From an uncultured virus (IMG/VR IMGVR_UViG_2627853864_000004) (Duplodnaviria > Heunggongvirae > Uroviricota > Caudoviricetes), in IMG/VR virus record IMGVR_UViG_2627853864_000004: 64,000 nt of DNA. One strand, written 5' to 3'. The first letter of the stretch is position 1. Each line of letters starts with the position of its first letter. This document shows positions 46,426-56,839 of this stretch, piece after piece. Under the pieces are notes generated by a model. That model worked only from the letters and a program-made list of their open reading frames with translations, made no database searches and was not told where the DNA came from. The position numbers and the translations under genes are program-made.

Positions 46426-46683
46426 ATGGACGGGACCACCCACGTCCAGCCTCTTGCGGATGGCACCTACAAGGTGACCGTGGACGGTGGGTACAAGTTC
46501 AACGACATCATTGATCCGAACTTTGACTACTCGACGGACACGTGGAAGAACCGCATTGCCGAGATTGTCACTCTCGGGCAAGCTGAGCCGTATCAGATCC
46601 ACATCGGATGGCATGCTGAGTCGGACTTCATTTTCGACCAGAACGGATCTCTGGTAAGTGCGAAAGGCTACCCGTACAAATGA
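46426..46683 (+). pseudogene. Probable C-terminal fragment of a larger (toxin-like) gene
   Basis: No clear RBS; ATGA-coupled to a lipoprotein gene; preceded by a recombination scar. Confidence 0.45.
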
Positions 46684-47120
46684 TTTTCACGACACGCGCT
46701 CGACGGGGTCTGCTTGCAGCACTTGTCGCTGTGAGCGCGATCGTTGCCGGGTGTTCGTTGTTCGGGCAGTCTAGATCGCTTGACGGGGACCGCTTCGTGC
46801 GTCCGGACCACCCGGTCGATTCACCGTCCGGTCAGTACACCGCAGCAGTGGAGCACGGGCCTGCCGAGAACGGCGTGGACACGTGGATACCGGTGATCCG
46901 GGACAAGAACGGCAACGAGGTGTTCCGCGATGTCCACGATTCCTACGCGCCATACGGCACGCGCAGTGTGCTGTATGTGACGTGGCTGTCCTCTAAACCT
47001 GCTGAGCTGTGGGTTTATTCGGGTGACGTTGGCGAGTTCGCCATCTCGCAGCAGCCAGACGGAACATGGGCAAAGCGAGTCGAGGCGGCGCCCAAGGAAA
47101 TCACCGACCTGCACCCATGA
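46680..47120 (+). CDS. Lipoprotein (possible orphan immunity protein)
   Basis: Lipobox 'VAGC'; 'SPSGQYTA', 'LWVYSGDVG'. Confidence 0.7.
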   Translation: MIFTTRARRGLLAALVAVSAIVAGCSLFGQSRSLDGDRFVRPDHPVDSPSGQYTAAVEHGPAENGVDTWIPVIRDKNGNEVFRDVHDSYAPYGTRSVLYVTWLSSKPAELWVYSGDVGEFAISQQPDGTWAKRVEAAPKEITDLHP

Positions 47121-47200
47121 CAGCGGCCGTCATCGCTGCTCGATCTTCCTTGCGACCGGTCGCCTCGGGACCGCAGCCGAACGCCGAGCGAGGCAAGCGA

Positions 47201-47512
47201 TCAGAGCGCCAGCGGGATGCGGGTTCCGTCGGGACGCTTGACCGCCACCTCCAACTCGCCGCCGGTGGCCTCGACGTACTTGCGCAGGGTCGACACCTGC
47301 GCGGCGGCGATCTGCCCGTGCTCCATCTGGGAGACCCGGTTCTGGCCGACGCCGATGAGCACGGCGAGGGCCTTCTGCGTGTAGCCGGCGTCCTCACGAA
47401 GCTGGCGGAGGCGGTACTCGGCTGCCTCGCGCCCCATCTCGGCGGCGCCGCGGGCGATGCGTTCGCGACGCTCCACGGGCAGACCGGACAGTAGTTCGTC
47501 GAGTGTGCTCAT
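47201..47512 (-). CDS. HigA-like XRE antitoxin
   Basis: 'LRQLREDAGYTQKALA..IGVGQNRVSQMEHG...TLRKYVEATGGELEV'. Confidence 0.85.
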   Translation of the reverse strand: MSTLDELLSGLPVERRERIARGAAEMGREAAEYRLRQLREDAGYTQKALAVLIGVGQNRVSQMEHGQIAAAQVSTLRKYVEATGGELEVAVKRPDGTRIPLAL

Positions 47513-47550
47513 AGTCTCTTCCCCTTCCGCTGCTTCTTCTCGGTGGTCCG

Positions 47551-47898
47551 TTACAGGTGCCGGTCGAATAGATCGTCCGCCGCCGGAACGTTGTCCCGGT
47601 ACCACTTGTTCCAGTCGCCGGTCTTGTCACCGGCGATCAGTGTGATCGCGTGCGATTGCAGGTCGAACGCGAACAGGATGCGCAACTGCCGGCTTCCGCC
47701 GGGGCTGCGCGGACGCAACTCCTTCATGTTCTGGTGCCGTGAGTGGTGGATGCGGTCCACGAACGGTCGACCCGCGGTGGGGCCGTTATCGGCCAGGTAC
47801 TCCAACGCCGACAGGACGCTGTCCTGCGTGGCTTCGTCCAGGCCGATGATCCAGTCGTGGATCAGTGTCGTGTCCACCTCCCACCGTCGTATCGGCAC
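47551..47898 (-). CDS. HigB/RelE-like (Gp49-type) toxin
   Basis: 'GPTAGRPFVDRI..SRHQNMKELR...RILFAFD...LIAGDK...WY'; toxin-first order. Confidence 0.85.
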   Translation of the reverse strand: MPIRRWEVDTTLIHDWIIGLDEATQDSVLSALEYLADNGPTAGRPFVDRIHHSRHQNMKELRPRSPGGSRQLRILFAFDLQSHAITLIAGDKTGDWNKWYRDNVPAADDLFDRHL

Positions 47899-48029
47899 AG
47901 GACTAAGGCATCACTCAAAACTGATACTAGCTAGAACTGATACAGGGGTCGACGTGGCCGTTCTCTGAAGCTTGACCGCAGGCCGCGCCGCGCTCGTCCA
48001 ACACCCCTTGGCCAGCTCACACTCGCGTT

Positions 48030-49430
48030 ATGGAACCCGAAGATCCTGATCTCTCGTTCGCCGATCTTGGCATGAGCAAAACCCTTTCCGAACAATCAGC
48101 CCGTTACCACGACACCGCCGACCAACTGAAGGCTGCGATCGCAGGCATGGCCGCCCAGGCGTCCGGCGCGACCCCGACCAAAAACCTCGACCAAATGCGT
48201 AAAGAGCAGGCAGAAGCTCAACGGCTCGGCGACTCGATCGGTATCGCGGCCAAGGCGACTGCAGCGATCGAGAAAGCCGCCAAGGCGTGGCGTGACGGCG
48301 TCGGAACCGGCCACTACGACAAGACGTGGCTCACTTGGCTACGTGCGCAGCTTGATTCGAAGCGCACAGCGATGGCTGACGCCGAGACCGAGCTGCAGAA
48401 CGCCCAGAGCTCCGAGGACTCGGACCGGATCACCAAAGCCCGCACCGCCGTGTCGAACGCAACGAGTGATTTCATTGCGGCGCAACGGGAATACGACGAC
48501 GCGAAAGCCGCCCGCCAGACGGCCGACGAGACACTCGATGCCGCGGTCGCCGAAGCGACGGAGCAGTTCAACGGTGGAGTAGCCGCGCTCGGCGGGGCCA
48601 GTTACAGAGATATGTCCAGTGACGGCAACTTCAGCAACACCCCCAATAATCCGGGCACCACTTCATCCCGCCCCGCCGGCTCCCCCGCGAGTTCCCCCGG
48701 CAACGCGGCCCCGGGTTCAGCAAAAGCTGCTGGTGCCGCTGCGCCCGGCGGCAGCCCATCGCCCGACACTCGATCGTCGAGTTCCGGTGGCGTGGACCCA
48801 GTCGCGGTTCTTAACGCATTGCGCCAGCAGCCTGCCGCGGGACAGCAGCAGCAGCCTGCCGGGACCGGTCAACAGCCCGCAGCGACTGCACAGCCGGTGT
48901 CGTCCACCCAGCCGGGGAAGAACGACAAATCCGATGCAATCACAAACTCTGACCTCGACAACGCATTCGGAACACCCCCAGGTCTGGCTGCCCTGGCGAC
49001 CACACCGACTCCGACGCCGCGGGTTTCGGTACCGTCACCGGCTAGCGGGCCCGCAGCCGGGCCGGCCGAAGTGTCCGGTGGCCCCACCGGGAACTCGGTA
49101 CAGGGGATGAAGACCGAAACGAACGTGACTGGCCGGCCCGAAGGCGCGACGGCGCAGACACGTCTGAGCGCCGCGGAATCCGGTAACGCGATGGGCAAGC
49201 AGGGAACCCCTGCTGCTACGGCGCCCCACGGTGCCGGCGGCGTGCCGATCATGCCTGGAATGGGCGGTGTGGGACAGGGCGGCGGCAGCACGAAACAGGC
49301 TGACCCGGTTCGGGTTCGGCAGGTCGGCCCTGACGTCGCGGAAGTTTGGGGTGAACAAACCATCGCCGAGTCGGTCCGTGGCGGAACGATAGCGAAAAAG
49401 GACCCGCTGGATCCAGGAAACGTGCCGTAA
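48030..49430 (+). CDS. Coiled-coil / low-complexity protein, probable T7SS-associated
   Basis: Ala-rich coiled coil, P/A/S/G linker, 'GVPIMPGMGG' tail. Confidence 0.65.
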   Translation: MEPEDPDLSFADLGMSKTLSEQSARYHDTADQLKAAIAGMAAQASGATPTKNLDQMRKEQAEAQRLGDSIGIAAKATAAIEKAAKAWRDGVGTGHYDKTWLTWLRAQLDSKRTAMADAETELQNAQSSEDSDRITKARTAVSNATSDFIAAQREYDDAKAARQTADETLDAAVAEATEQFNGGVAALGGASYRDMSSDGNFSNTPNNPGTTSSRPAGSPASSPGNAAPGSAKAAGAAAPGGSPSPDTRSSSSGGVDPVAVLNALRQQPAAGQQQQPAGTGQQPAATAQPVSSTQPGKNDKSDAITNSDLDNAFGTPPGLAALATTPTPTPRVSVPSPASGPAAGPAEVSGGPTGNSVQGMKTETNVTGRPEGATAQTRLSAAESGNAMGKQGTPAATAPHGAGGVPIMPGMGGVGQGGGSTKQADPVRVRQVGPDVAEVWGEQTIAESVRGGTIAKKDPLDPGNVP

Positions 49431-49512
49431 CACCTGGAAGCTGCGTTCATCTGGCCGATGCGGAAGTGAAAAGGGCTCGACGCGCCCCCACGCTGCAGGC
49501 ACAATTCAGGTC

Positions 49513-49950
49513 ATGCAGCTCACCAGGCTGACGATGTATACCCCGGCATCGATCATCGCGCACGTCTCCGCCGGGTACGCCGCCATGTTCGGCGTCGAAC
49601 CGGAGCTTGGCTCCGACGAGAGCGGTGCGTACACGACCGTCACATCCGCAGAAGGCCTCACGCTCGAACTACGCCAGGTGCAGCCCGGCGACGGCCGCAT
49701 GTCCACTGCCACCCGCTTGGAGTTCCGCGGCACTGATGCCCATGGGGCCGCCGACCGCCTACACGATGAGACCCACGGCGTACAGCATCACTTGTTCGGC
49801 GGCCGGTGGGAGACGCTGGCGGGCAACACGATCCGCATGATCGCAGACGGAGACGAGCCCGACAATGCGGAGAAGGCCCGCATCAGCGCCGCGATCCAGC
49901 GCGGTGAGTTGGAGGCCGAGATCGCGCGCATGCATTCCCGGCAGACGTGA
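49513..49950 (+). CDS. Hypothetical protein (VOC-like start)
   Basis: 'LTRLTMYTP...YAAMFGVEP'. Confidence 0.55.
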   Translation: MQLTRLTMYTPASIIAHVSAGYAAMFGVEPELGSDESGAYTTVTSAEGLTLELRQVQPGDGRMSTATRLEFRGTDAHGAADRLHDETHGVQHHLFGGRWETLAGNTIRMIADGDEPDNAEKARISAAIQRGELEAEIARMHSRQT

Positions 49951-50614
49951 CGCGTGTGGAGCCCACACCCGCGGCCTAATCACCTGGCCGGTTCGACGCT
50001 GACGGCGTCGTGCTCGATCCGGTCGGCGGCGTAGCTCGTGTGAGCGTCGGCGATGCGGGCTCCGATCGCATCGTCCGCGTCGTCGGTTTCGAATTCCACC
50101 TTCTCGCCGGTGATTCGGTTCTGCACCATGCACTACCTGGTGGGATCTTCTCTGGCTCAGTCGACTTCGGTGAACGGGCCGACGAGGCGACTGAAGCTCT
50201 CCATGGACTTCTGGCCTCGCCATGCGTCCCGGTCGGCCTCGCCTTTCGACTCGTCGAGCCACATGGCGCGGCTTTCGTCCCAGGACCATGTGCCGCCGCA
50301 GCGGGCGCGCCAGGCTCGGTCGCGGTGAACTGGTAACAGAACCGGGACGGTGCACGGGGTGTCCAAGGGAGTCCTCCTGGTCCATCGGGTCTCGTGGAAT
50401 GCACGGTAGGCGGCCGAGCCGCACCCCGTCACCAGCGGCGCGGGCCTGCTGTAGCCCGCTCCTGAGGCTGTCGCCTGGTGGGGCCAGTCCGCGCCGCGGC
50501 GATCCTCAGGGTCAGGATCGCTTTACACTGCGGATGCCGGTCAAGATGCATTAGGTGTTTGCTGCGACACATTGAACGCATCTTTGGCGGCATCAAACGA
50601 GAGGCGGCGCGCAA

Positions 50615-50956
50615 ATGGGCGGCAACGAAGGCTCAATCGCAGTCGACAAGGCTGCATTGGATCGGGACACGGCGGAGATCAAGCGGATCGCAGCCGAGCT
50701 GCGCGGGTTCGTCGAGTCGTTCGACGCCGTTGGGGCAGCGGCGGAATCTGATGCCAAGACGTTCACCGCCGATGGCGCGGTCTCCCCCGTCTACACACCC
50801 GTGGTCGCTTCGCTGAAGGCGTGGGCGGCCGCGTTGAACGCCACGATCACTGCCGCCTGCGACAGCGCCGAGAACTGCGCCGACACCGCCAAGACAAAGG
50901 GCTACGCCATGGTCGGCATCGACCTGAAGGCCGCTGACGACGTCCGCAGGGCCTGA
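50615..50956 (+). CDS. Small helical ESX-substrate-like protein
   Basis: 113 aa Ala-rich hairpin; 'IAVDKAAL'; C-terminal 'MVGIDLKAA'. Confidence 0.65.
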   Translation: MGGNEGSIAVDKAALDRDTAEIKRIAAELRGFVESFDAVGAAAESDAKTFTADGAVSPVYTPVVASLKAWAAALNATITAACDSAENCADTAKTKGYAMVGIDLKAADDVRRA

Positions 50957-50984
50957 CTGGCACCTGGGACCGAGGAGGACAAGG

Positions 50985-51521
50985 ATGAGCGAGGATGGCG
51001 CGGACGATGTCACCATCGGTGACAAATTCGGCGATGCGTGGCAGAAACTCGACACTGTCGCAAAAGCGTTGGCCAGTGTGGCAACCGAAACCGAGACGGC
51101 CGCGACAACCGTGGCGTCGAAAAGCAGCGGCAGCCTGGCCGCGGGCGCGGTTCCCAGCGCTTCGGCTCCCTTGTCGCCGTTCGTCTCTGCGCTCACCAGC
51201 ACGTTGACCAAGGAGAGCGCGCCTGCGAAATCCTCGGCAGCCGCGCTGGGTACGGCGGTGACGGGGTTGCAGACTTGGGCCAAGACGACGCACAACATCG
51301 ATGTCACTGCGGCTGCCGCAGTTCCCGGCGCCAGCGGCTCCGAGCCCACCCCGAAGGCCGGTACCGCTGATTCCCCGGCTGCGGGCACTCCCAACAGTGC
51401 ACCGCTGCTTCCGGTGACACCGCCTCCAGCTCCGCCCGGCACGGTGCCGGCGGCCCCGGGTTCCTCGATCTTCGCTGGACCGTACGGCGGCGCCGCGGCG
51501 CCGGCTGCACCGCCGAAATAG
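50985..51521 (+). CDS. ESX-substrate-like protein with Pro-rich tail
   Basis: RBS GAGGA; 'THNIDVTAA'. Confidence 0.6.
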   Translation: MSEDGADDVTIGDKFGDAWQKLDTVAKALASVATETETAATTVASKSSGSLAAGAVPSASAPLSPFVSALTSTLTKESAPAKSSAAALGTAVTGLQTWAKTTHNIDVTAAAAVPGASGSEPTPKAGTADSPAAGTPNSAPLLPVTPPPAPPGTVPAAPGSSIFAGPYGGAAAPAAPPK

Positions 51522-51561
51522 CTTCTGAAACGACTTCGAGACGGCTCTGAAAGGACAGACT

Positions 51562-51900
51562 GTGGCAAACGACGTCACTATCAGCTCGCCCGAGCAGTTC
51601 CAGGCGACCCTGAACACGCTCACAACGCTGCGCGGTCAGCTCGACTCGGCGTTGAAGGCCTCCGACGCGGTGACCGAGGCAGCCGAGGCCGCCGCCAAGC
51701 CCGGCACCGGCGCTTCGGACGACATCGCCCCGGCACTTGAGCCATTCACCTCCTCGCTGCGCACAGACATCACCAAAGTAAATCAGCTGGTAAACGCCGG
51801 TGGCGGCTCTATCGGGTCGGTGACCTCAGACCTGGCGGCGCTTCTGCGGGGAATCACGGGCACCGACGCGACAGCGGCCAAGACAGCGAGGGCGGTCTGA
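51562..51900 (+). CDS. Small helical ESX-substrate-like protein
   Basis: RBS AAAGGA; 'VTISSPEQF'; 'ITGTDATAA'. Confidence 0.65.
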   Translation: MANDVTISSPEQFQATLNTLTTLRGQLDSALKASDAVTEAAEAAAKPGTGASDDIAPALEPFTSSLRTDITKVNQLVNAGGGSIGSVTSDLAALLRGITGTDATAAKTARAV

Positions 51901-51901
51901 C

Positions 51902-52840
51902 ATGGCAGGGGAAATCAGGAGCAACGAGCTGGTCATCACCGAGCCCGGCAAGATCGCGCAGGATCTGCCGGCCAGCTCCGGCGGTACCACCGCCAGCCCC
52001 GGCGTACATCCCGGCCTAACAGCTGCAGTCGACGACACCACCAAGGACGGTGAGCGAGCGCGCGACAAGGTCAAGGAGGGCTCGGACAAGACCAGCAAGT
52101 TTGGCGAGGGCGTCAAAAGCATCGACAAGAAGGGCGGCGACGGCGTCAATGCGATCCCCGCTGCCTTGCTCAGCGCGTTCGGTGCCGGAGCGAGTTCACT
52201 GCTCGGCGGTGCCGGCAACCTGGGTTCGGGGATGCAGATGCCGCAGGTGCCGTCTTCCAGTCCCGGTGGATCGATCAATTCGCCCCTGTCCAGTCCGAAC
52301 GGTGCGCAGGCACTGTCCAAGTTGCTCGGCGGCGACGGCTCGATGGGCACGGGTTCGCTCACCGCCAAGGGCAAGGTCGGCGCGGGCGGGCCGACTTCAC
52401 CTGGCTCCACCGAGTACCAACAGCGGATCATCGAGCTAGCTAAACAGGTTGTCGCTGAAGGTATTCCGTACGCATGGGGTGGAGGCAGCATCGACGGGCC
52501 CAGCCAGGGCATCAGCGACGGCGGAGCGGCCGACGCCGCGGGCGACTACGACAAGATCGGGTTCGACTGCTCGGGGCTGGCCCGTTACCTCGTATACCAG
52601 GCATCCGGAGTGGAGATTCCCCGCGTGTCCGGCGAGCAGTACGCAGCTGGGCAGCTCGTAAGTGCCGCCGACGCGCGTCCCGGTGATCTCGCCTTCGATG
52701 ACAACCCAGATCACCACGTCATGATTTACGTCGGTGACGGCCAGGTTGTCGAAGCCCAACAGTCCGGGACCAACGTCATGTTCAGCGACGCCGCAAGCCG
52801 CGGGGCTACTCAATTCGTGCGCGTGGTCAGCGACTCGTAG
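51902..52840 (+). CDS. NlpC/P60 peptidoglycan endopeptidase (RipA-like catalytic domain)
   Basis: 'GIPYAWGGG', 'GFDCSGL', 'PGDL', 'HVMIYVGDGQVVEA'; no Sec signal. Confidence 0.9.
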   Translation: MAGEIRSNELVITEPGKIAQDLPASSGGTTASPGVHPGLTAAVDDTTKDGERARDKVKEGSDKTSKFGEGVKSIDKKGGDGVNAIPAALLSAFGAGASSLLGGAGNLGSGMQMPQVPSSSPGGSINSPLSSPNGAQALSKLLGGDGSMGTGSLTAKGKVGAGGPTSPGSTEYQQRIIELAKQVVAEGIPYAWGGGSIDGPSQGISDGGAADAAGDYDKIGFDCSGLARYLVYQASGVEIPRVSGEQYAAGQLVSAADARPGDLAFDDNPDHHVMIYVGDGQVVEAQQSGTNVMFSDAASRGATQFVRVVSDS

Positions 52841-52944
52841 GCCGCGCCGGGCCCGCCGCCGGTGGACCCCAGCCCCCAATATGGCAACACGACACGCACC
52901 CCATCTCCGGCGGTGCGGCCTGACAGAGAGGACGGAACCGCTCC

Positions 52945-55035
52945 GTGTCCCCCACCGACATTCCCCCCGTCCCCACCCCGCACTCCGCCGAGATCATCGG
53001 TACCAACTTCCCGACCACATCGGAGACGCAGACGGTGGCTTCGGCGTTGCAGTTGTTCGAGCAATCCGCCGCATCGGTTGGCACCGGCAACACCGCTGAG
53101 GTCATGTACGCGCTGATCGAAGCCAACGCCACCGGCAACACTCCTGATCAGCTGCTCTCCGGGTTCACTGAGGACCAGCGGGCGGCGTTCGACCGGGCAC
53201 TGGCGCAGCTGAATATGGGTAACGGTGCCAGCGTGATGGCACAGGACATCCTCAACACCAAGATCCAACTCAACGGTGTGGCCACGACTTTCGAGACAGC
53301 CGTGGAGGAGTTGATCGCGTCCTACGCCGGGTCAGGTGGCCCCAACTCGCCCAAGAACCAGGCAGAGTTCACACAGAAATACAACGAGTTGCTGCAGGCG
53401 GCCAAGGACCAGGCCGACCAGATCGGTGGCAATCACAACAGCACCCAGGAGGAGCTGGTCAGCGGCGTACAGAAGGGAGCTACACCCACCATTCCTTCGA
53501 CCATGGCTCCGATGCCTGAGAACGGCCAGATGGTGCCCGGAATGCCCGATGGCGCCCTGGCGTCGCTGCTGCAGAACGTCGGCGGCCAGGTGTCGAAGGT
53601 GGGATCCGGGATGCCTAACCTGGGCCAGCAGGCCCAGCCAATCATCCAGGCCGGGCAATCGGTGATCCAGGATCTGATGAAGAAGCTGCCCGGCAACAAC
53701 GGCGTGCCGATCAGCGACGACGCGCTGTCACGGCTCACCAAAGCCTCAGGGCTTGCCGATAGCAGCAACCCACTATCGGGGCCGCGCGCAGACAAGACCG
53801 GAAGCTCTGAGAACAACAGCACCGCGGGATCTCCACTCGGCCGCCCACTCAGCGGGTCACGTGACGGGGAGAACGCGCGCTACACCCCCACAGGAACCTC
53901 CCCCAAAGAGGAGGAAAGTCCAGTCGAGGTGCCCGCAGGGGAAACCCGGGCCGATACACCATCGGAACCGGCAACCACTGCGGCACCGACACCGGCAGCA
54001 CCAACCACGACCCTGTCCTCAGGCGAGGCAGTCAGCGGCAACAGCTCGTTGTCGACGCCAACCACCCACGTCTCTTCGGGTGACGCGGGCGCAGGTACCA
54101 ACACGCTGAGTCCGGGCACAGGTGCGCCCGGGTCATCGGTGTCCCCGGGCGTGCCCATGGCACCCGCGATGGGTCCGATGATGGGGCCAATGGGTGGCGG
54201 ACTGGGTGGTCCAGGGGCTGCCGGCGGCGCAGCCGGTGGACGTCCCACCAGTGGTCCCGCGATCAAGCCCGGTAAGGACTCCGACTCCGTCGCGTATGTG
54301 CCGAAGGAACGTGAAACCCCCAGGGAACTTTTCGATTTCGGAGCGGATCTCAAGGGCCTTGACCATGCCACGGACATGGACCTGGTCGCCGCGTCTATCG
54401 TCGCGGGAATCTACCGGGCGCACCGCCGAGAGGGTCGAGTCATCCAGGTGGCTGTTGGGGTGAACCGCTCCGAGGCAGTGTTCGCCACCGGTGACGGTCT
54501 CGGATTTCTGGCGCCGGGTATGCGGGCCGCACCACACCTGATTCCGTTGATTACCAAGGTGTCCGATGGATTCGCCGCCAGGTGGCTGGGATGTGACCAG
54601 CCATGGCGGCCATTGCTGGAGGCGGTGGCGATCGGTGTCGTCGGCCCGTTCGACGCAGTGGTGGCCACCGACCCCGAAGCTGCCCGCAGCGGGGTGCTGG
54701 TGCTCTCGGAGCAGGAGATCGACGCGGTGAACATCGCGGCCGGCTCCAAAGACCGCTGGGGTTTCGATGCGATCGACCCTGAAGACATCGACGACACCCT
54801 GACCTATCTGTCCACGGTGTGGGGTCGCCCCGTGCAGGCAGCGGCGGATCTGGAACGTCTGGTCAATCAAGCCCGATGGACCGGCAGCGCGGGTCCGGGC
54901 CGGTATCCCCGGATGTGGGCCCGCTACCTGCTTTCGGCGGCGCTGGCCGACCGCACTGCCGGAGACATCGACGATGCCCGTTACGCGCTGCGCAGCGCGC
55001 TGCGGGTCCCTGAGACTTTCGGAGGTGGGCAGTGA
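52945..55035 (+). CDS. EspK-like ESX secretion-associated protein
   Basis: Helical N-terminus, long P/S/T linker, C-terminal 'VAVG...VFATGDGLGFL.PG'. Confidence 0.55.
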   Translation: MSPTDIPPVPTPHSAEIIGTNFPTTSETQTVASALQLFEQSAASVGTGNTAEVMYALIEANATGNTPDQLLSGFTEDQRAAFDRALAQLNMGNGASVMAQDILNTKIQLNGVATTFETAVEELIASYAGSGGPNSPKNQAEFTQKYNELLQAAKDQADQIGGNHNSTQEELVSGVQKGATPTIPSTMAPMPENGQMVPGMPDGALASLLQNVGGQVSKVGSGMPNLGQQAQPIIQAGQSVIQDLMKKLPGNNGVPISDDALSRLTKASGLADSSNPLSGPRADKTGSSENNSTAGSPLGRPLSGSRDGENARYTPTGTSPKEEESPVEVPAGETRADTPSEPATTAAPTPAAPTTTLSSGEAVSGNSSLSTPTTHVSSGDAGAGTNTLSPGTGAPGSSVSPGVPMAPAMGPMMGPMGGGLGGPGAAGGAAGGRPTSGPAIKPGKDSDSVAYVPKERETPRELFDFGADLKGLDHATDMDLVAASIVAGIYRAHRREGRVIQVAVGVNRSEAVFATGDGLGFLAPGMRAAPHLIPLITKVSDGFAARWLGCDQPWRPLLEAVAIGVVGPFDAVVATDPEAARSGVLVLSEQEIDAVNIAAGSKDRWGFDAIDPEDIDDTLTYLSTVWGRPVQAAADLERLVNQARWTGSAGPGRYPRMWARYLLSAALADRTAGDIDDARYALRSALRVPETFGGGQ

Positions 55036-55410
55036 CGCAGGTTGAGCCGTTGATTGTCGGCGGGATACCGCTGGTGCGGCTGTCGGGGACGGTGACTGAA
55101 CGAAGTGGCGCCGAACTCGCGTCCAAGGTGATGAGCGCGATCTTCTACTCGAGCCACGAGGCGCGTCCGTTGTCCCTGCAGCAGCCCCGGTTAGCCGACA
55201 AGACACCCCCGTGACGCATACGTCGCCCCAGCGGCGGGTAGGCAGTTGAGCTACCGATTGCCGGCGCACTGGAGGACATGACATTTCGACAGTGCCCGCG
55301 ACACGGCACATCGACCGTCGCTGGAGTGAAGACGTGGAATGATTTCAGCTAGAGCAAACTCGGCCAGCTCCGTCCAGGGCCGATGATCGCGAACGTAAGG
55401 AGAGAAAACG

Positions 55411-55716
55411 ATGACCATTGGAGTGAGCAGCTTCGCCGACGTTGTCGGCCAGGTGTCCGGACTAATCACCGAGACGACCGGATTCACAGCGGCAGCCGGG
55501 ACCGCGACCGCCGCCGCTGCGGCGGTCACCCCGCCCGGAAACGACGCCGACTCGGCAATGGCGGTCACTCAGCAGGCCGTAACGACCGCCGATTTCATCG
55601 CGATGCTCGGGTTGGGCATCGAGCAGCTTGGTGAGCGTGCCGCCGAGACCGCTAGTGTCAACGGCACTTTCGAGGCGCTCAACGCCGCCGGCGGACTTGC
55701 CGCCATGGCTGTTTGA
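55411..55716 (+). CDS. PE-like protein
   Basis: 101 aa Ala-rich; 'VTPPGNDADS'; RBS AAGGAG; upstream of PPE. Confidence 0.6.
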   Translation: MTIGVSSFADVVGQVSGLITETTGFTAAAGTATAAAAAVTPPGNDADSAMAVTQQAVTTADFIAMLGLGIEQLGERAAETASVNGTFEALNAAGGLAAMAV

Positions 55717-55929
55717 TCTGACCCGTCTCCGGAAAATCCCCTCCCCCTCGCTGGAGACGGGCCGGCTCGATGCCGCTGGTTTCTTTGCCTCTCCGGTAAG
55801 AAACCAGCGGCATCGCTAGTTTTCGGAGGAGGTTCCGGACGCGCCGCGGGACATAGTGCACAGCCGCCCCTGGTTACGGTGCGCGCACGGTGGCCGCCGC
55901 AGGGGCGGTCGCCGGCGGAAGGAGCCGAC

Positions 55930-56700
55930 GTGCGTGAGATGTGGGAACTGCCACGGCCAAGTGCGGGCAGCCGTGCGACCCGCGTCGTGTTGACGCTGGC
56001 GCTGGTGTGGGCAACGGTGGCGGTCCCACTGACCGTCTGGCTGGCTTTGCGTACCCCGCCGCCGGAACCGGTGCCAGCCACCCGAACCCCATCGGTGCTC
56101 GAAGCCGCAGCGTTGCGCTACGCCAGCCAGACTCTGTCGACAGGGCCGGTGACACTGGCCTCGACGGTGACGACGGCGACCGCGCGGCTGGAGGTTCAAG
56201 AAACCGCCGATCCCTCACACGCCGTCTCCTACGGAAAAGTCCGCTCAGGTACGCAGACCGCCGAGCTGTTGGTGGTCGGCACACGTGTGCTGCTGCGAGG
56301 TGATTCGGCGTTTTGGTCCAGTGTCGGTGTCCCCACCGCAGAGCCCGGGTGGATCGAAGTCGGTGACCGTCTCGGACGCATCCCGTTCCCGCTGTCCGAG
56401 GCCATCACGGCACTGGGCGCAGACAGGGTGGAAGTGAACACCCCCACGGCTGGGTCGGACACGATGACGGCGCGTATCGGCAACTTGGTCGCCGACTTCA
56501 ACGCGGCGGGGGTATCGGCGTTGACTGTCGGCGGACGCAGTGCGGCGGTGACGCGTGCCCCCGCCGACGCGCCGGCCCGCGTGTCGGCAGTGGCGGGCTC
56601 CGATCCGGCCGCGGCGAAATTGGTCGGCGCTTCCGGATCGCTGACGGTTTCGGCGCCGACTGCGCCGGAGCCCCCACCAGTTCCGGCCCCGGGTTCCTGA
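55930..56700 (+). CDS. Membrane-anchored hypothetical protein
   Basis: RBS GAAGGAG + GTG; one TM helix. Confidence 0.6.
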   Translation: MREMWELPRPSAGSRATRVVLTLALVWATVAVPLTVWLALRTPPPEPVPATRTPSVLEAAALRYASQTLSTGPVTLASTVTTATARLEVQETADPSHAVSYGKVRSGTQTAELLVVGTRVLLRGDSAFWSSVGVPTAEPGWIEVGDRLGRIPFPLSEAITALGADRVEVNTPTAGSDTMTARIGNLVADFNAAGVSALTVGGRSAAVTRAPADAPARVSAVAGSDPAAAKLVGASGSLTVSAPTAPEPPPVPAPGS

Positions 56701-56839
56701 CCACCGGCCGCTGGTCTTTCGAAAACCGCTGTCAGCGCGGGGACATGACAGCCTCAGCGGTCCGTGTCCGCATTGTCGGACACAGATTCCCGGTGGCACC
56801 CTGGCCAGCACACCCCGACTGCATGAGAGGCAGACGCAA

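Noticed and set aside
49976..50432. Small ORFs on either strand
   Set aside because: Strand and frame ambiguous; no supporting motifs
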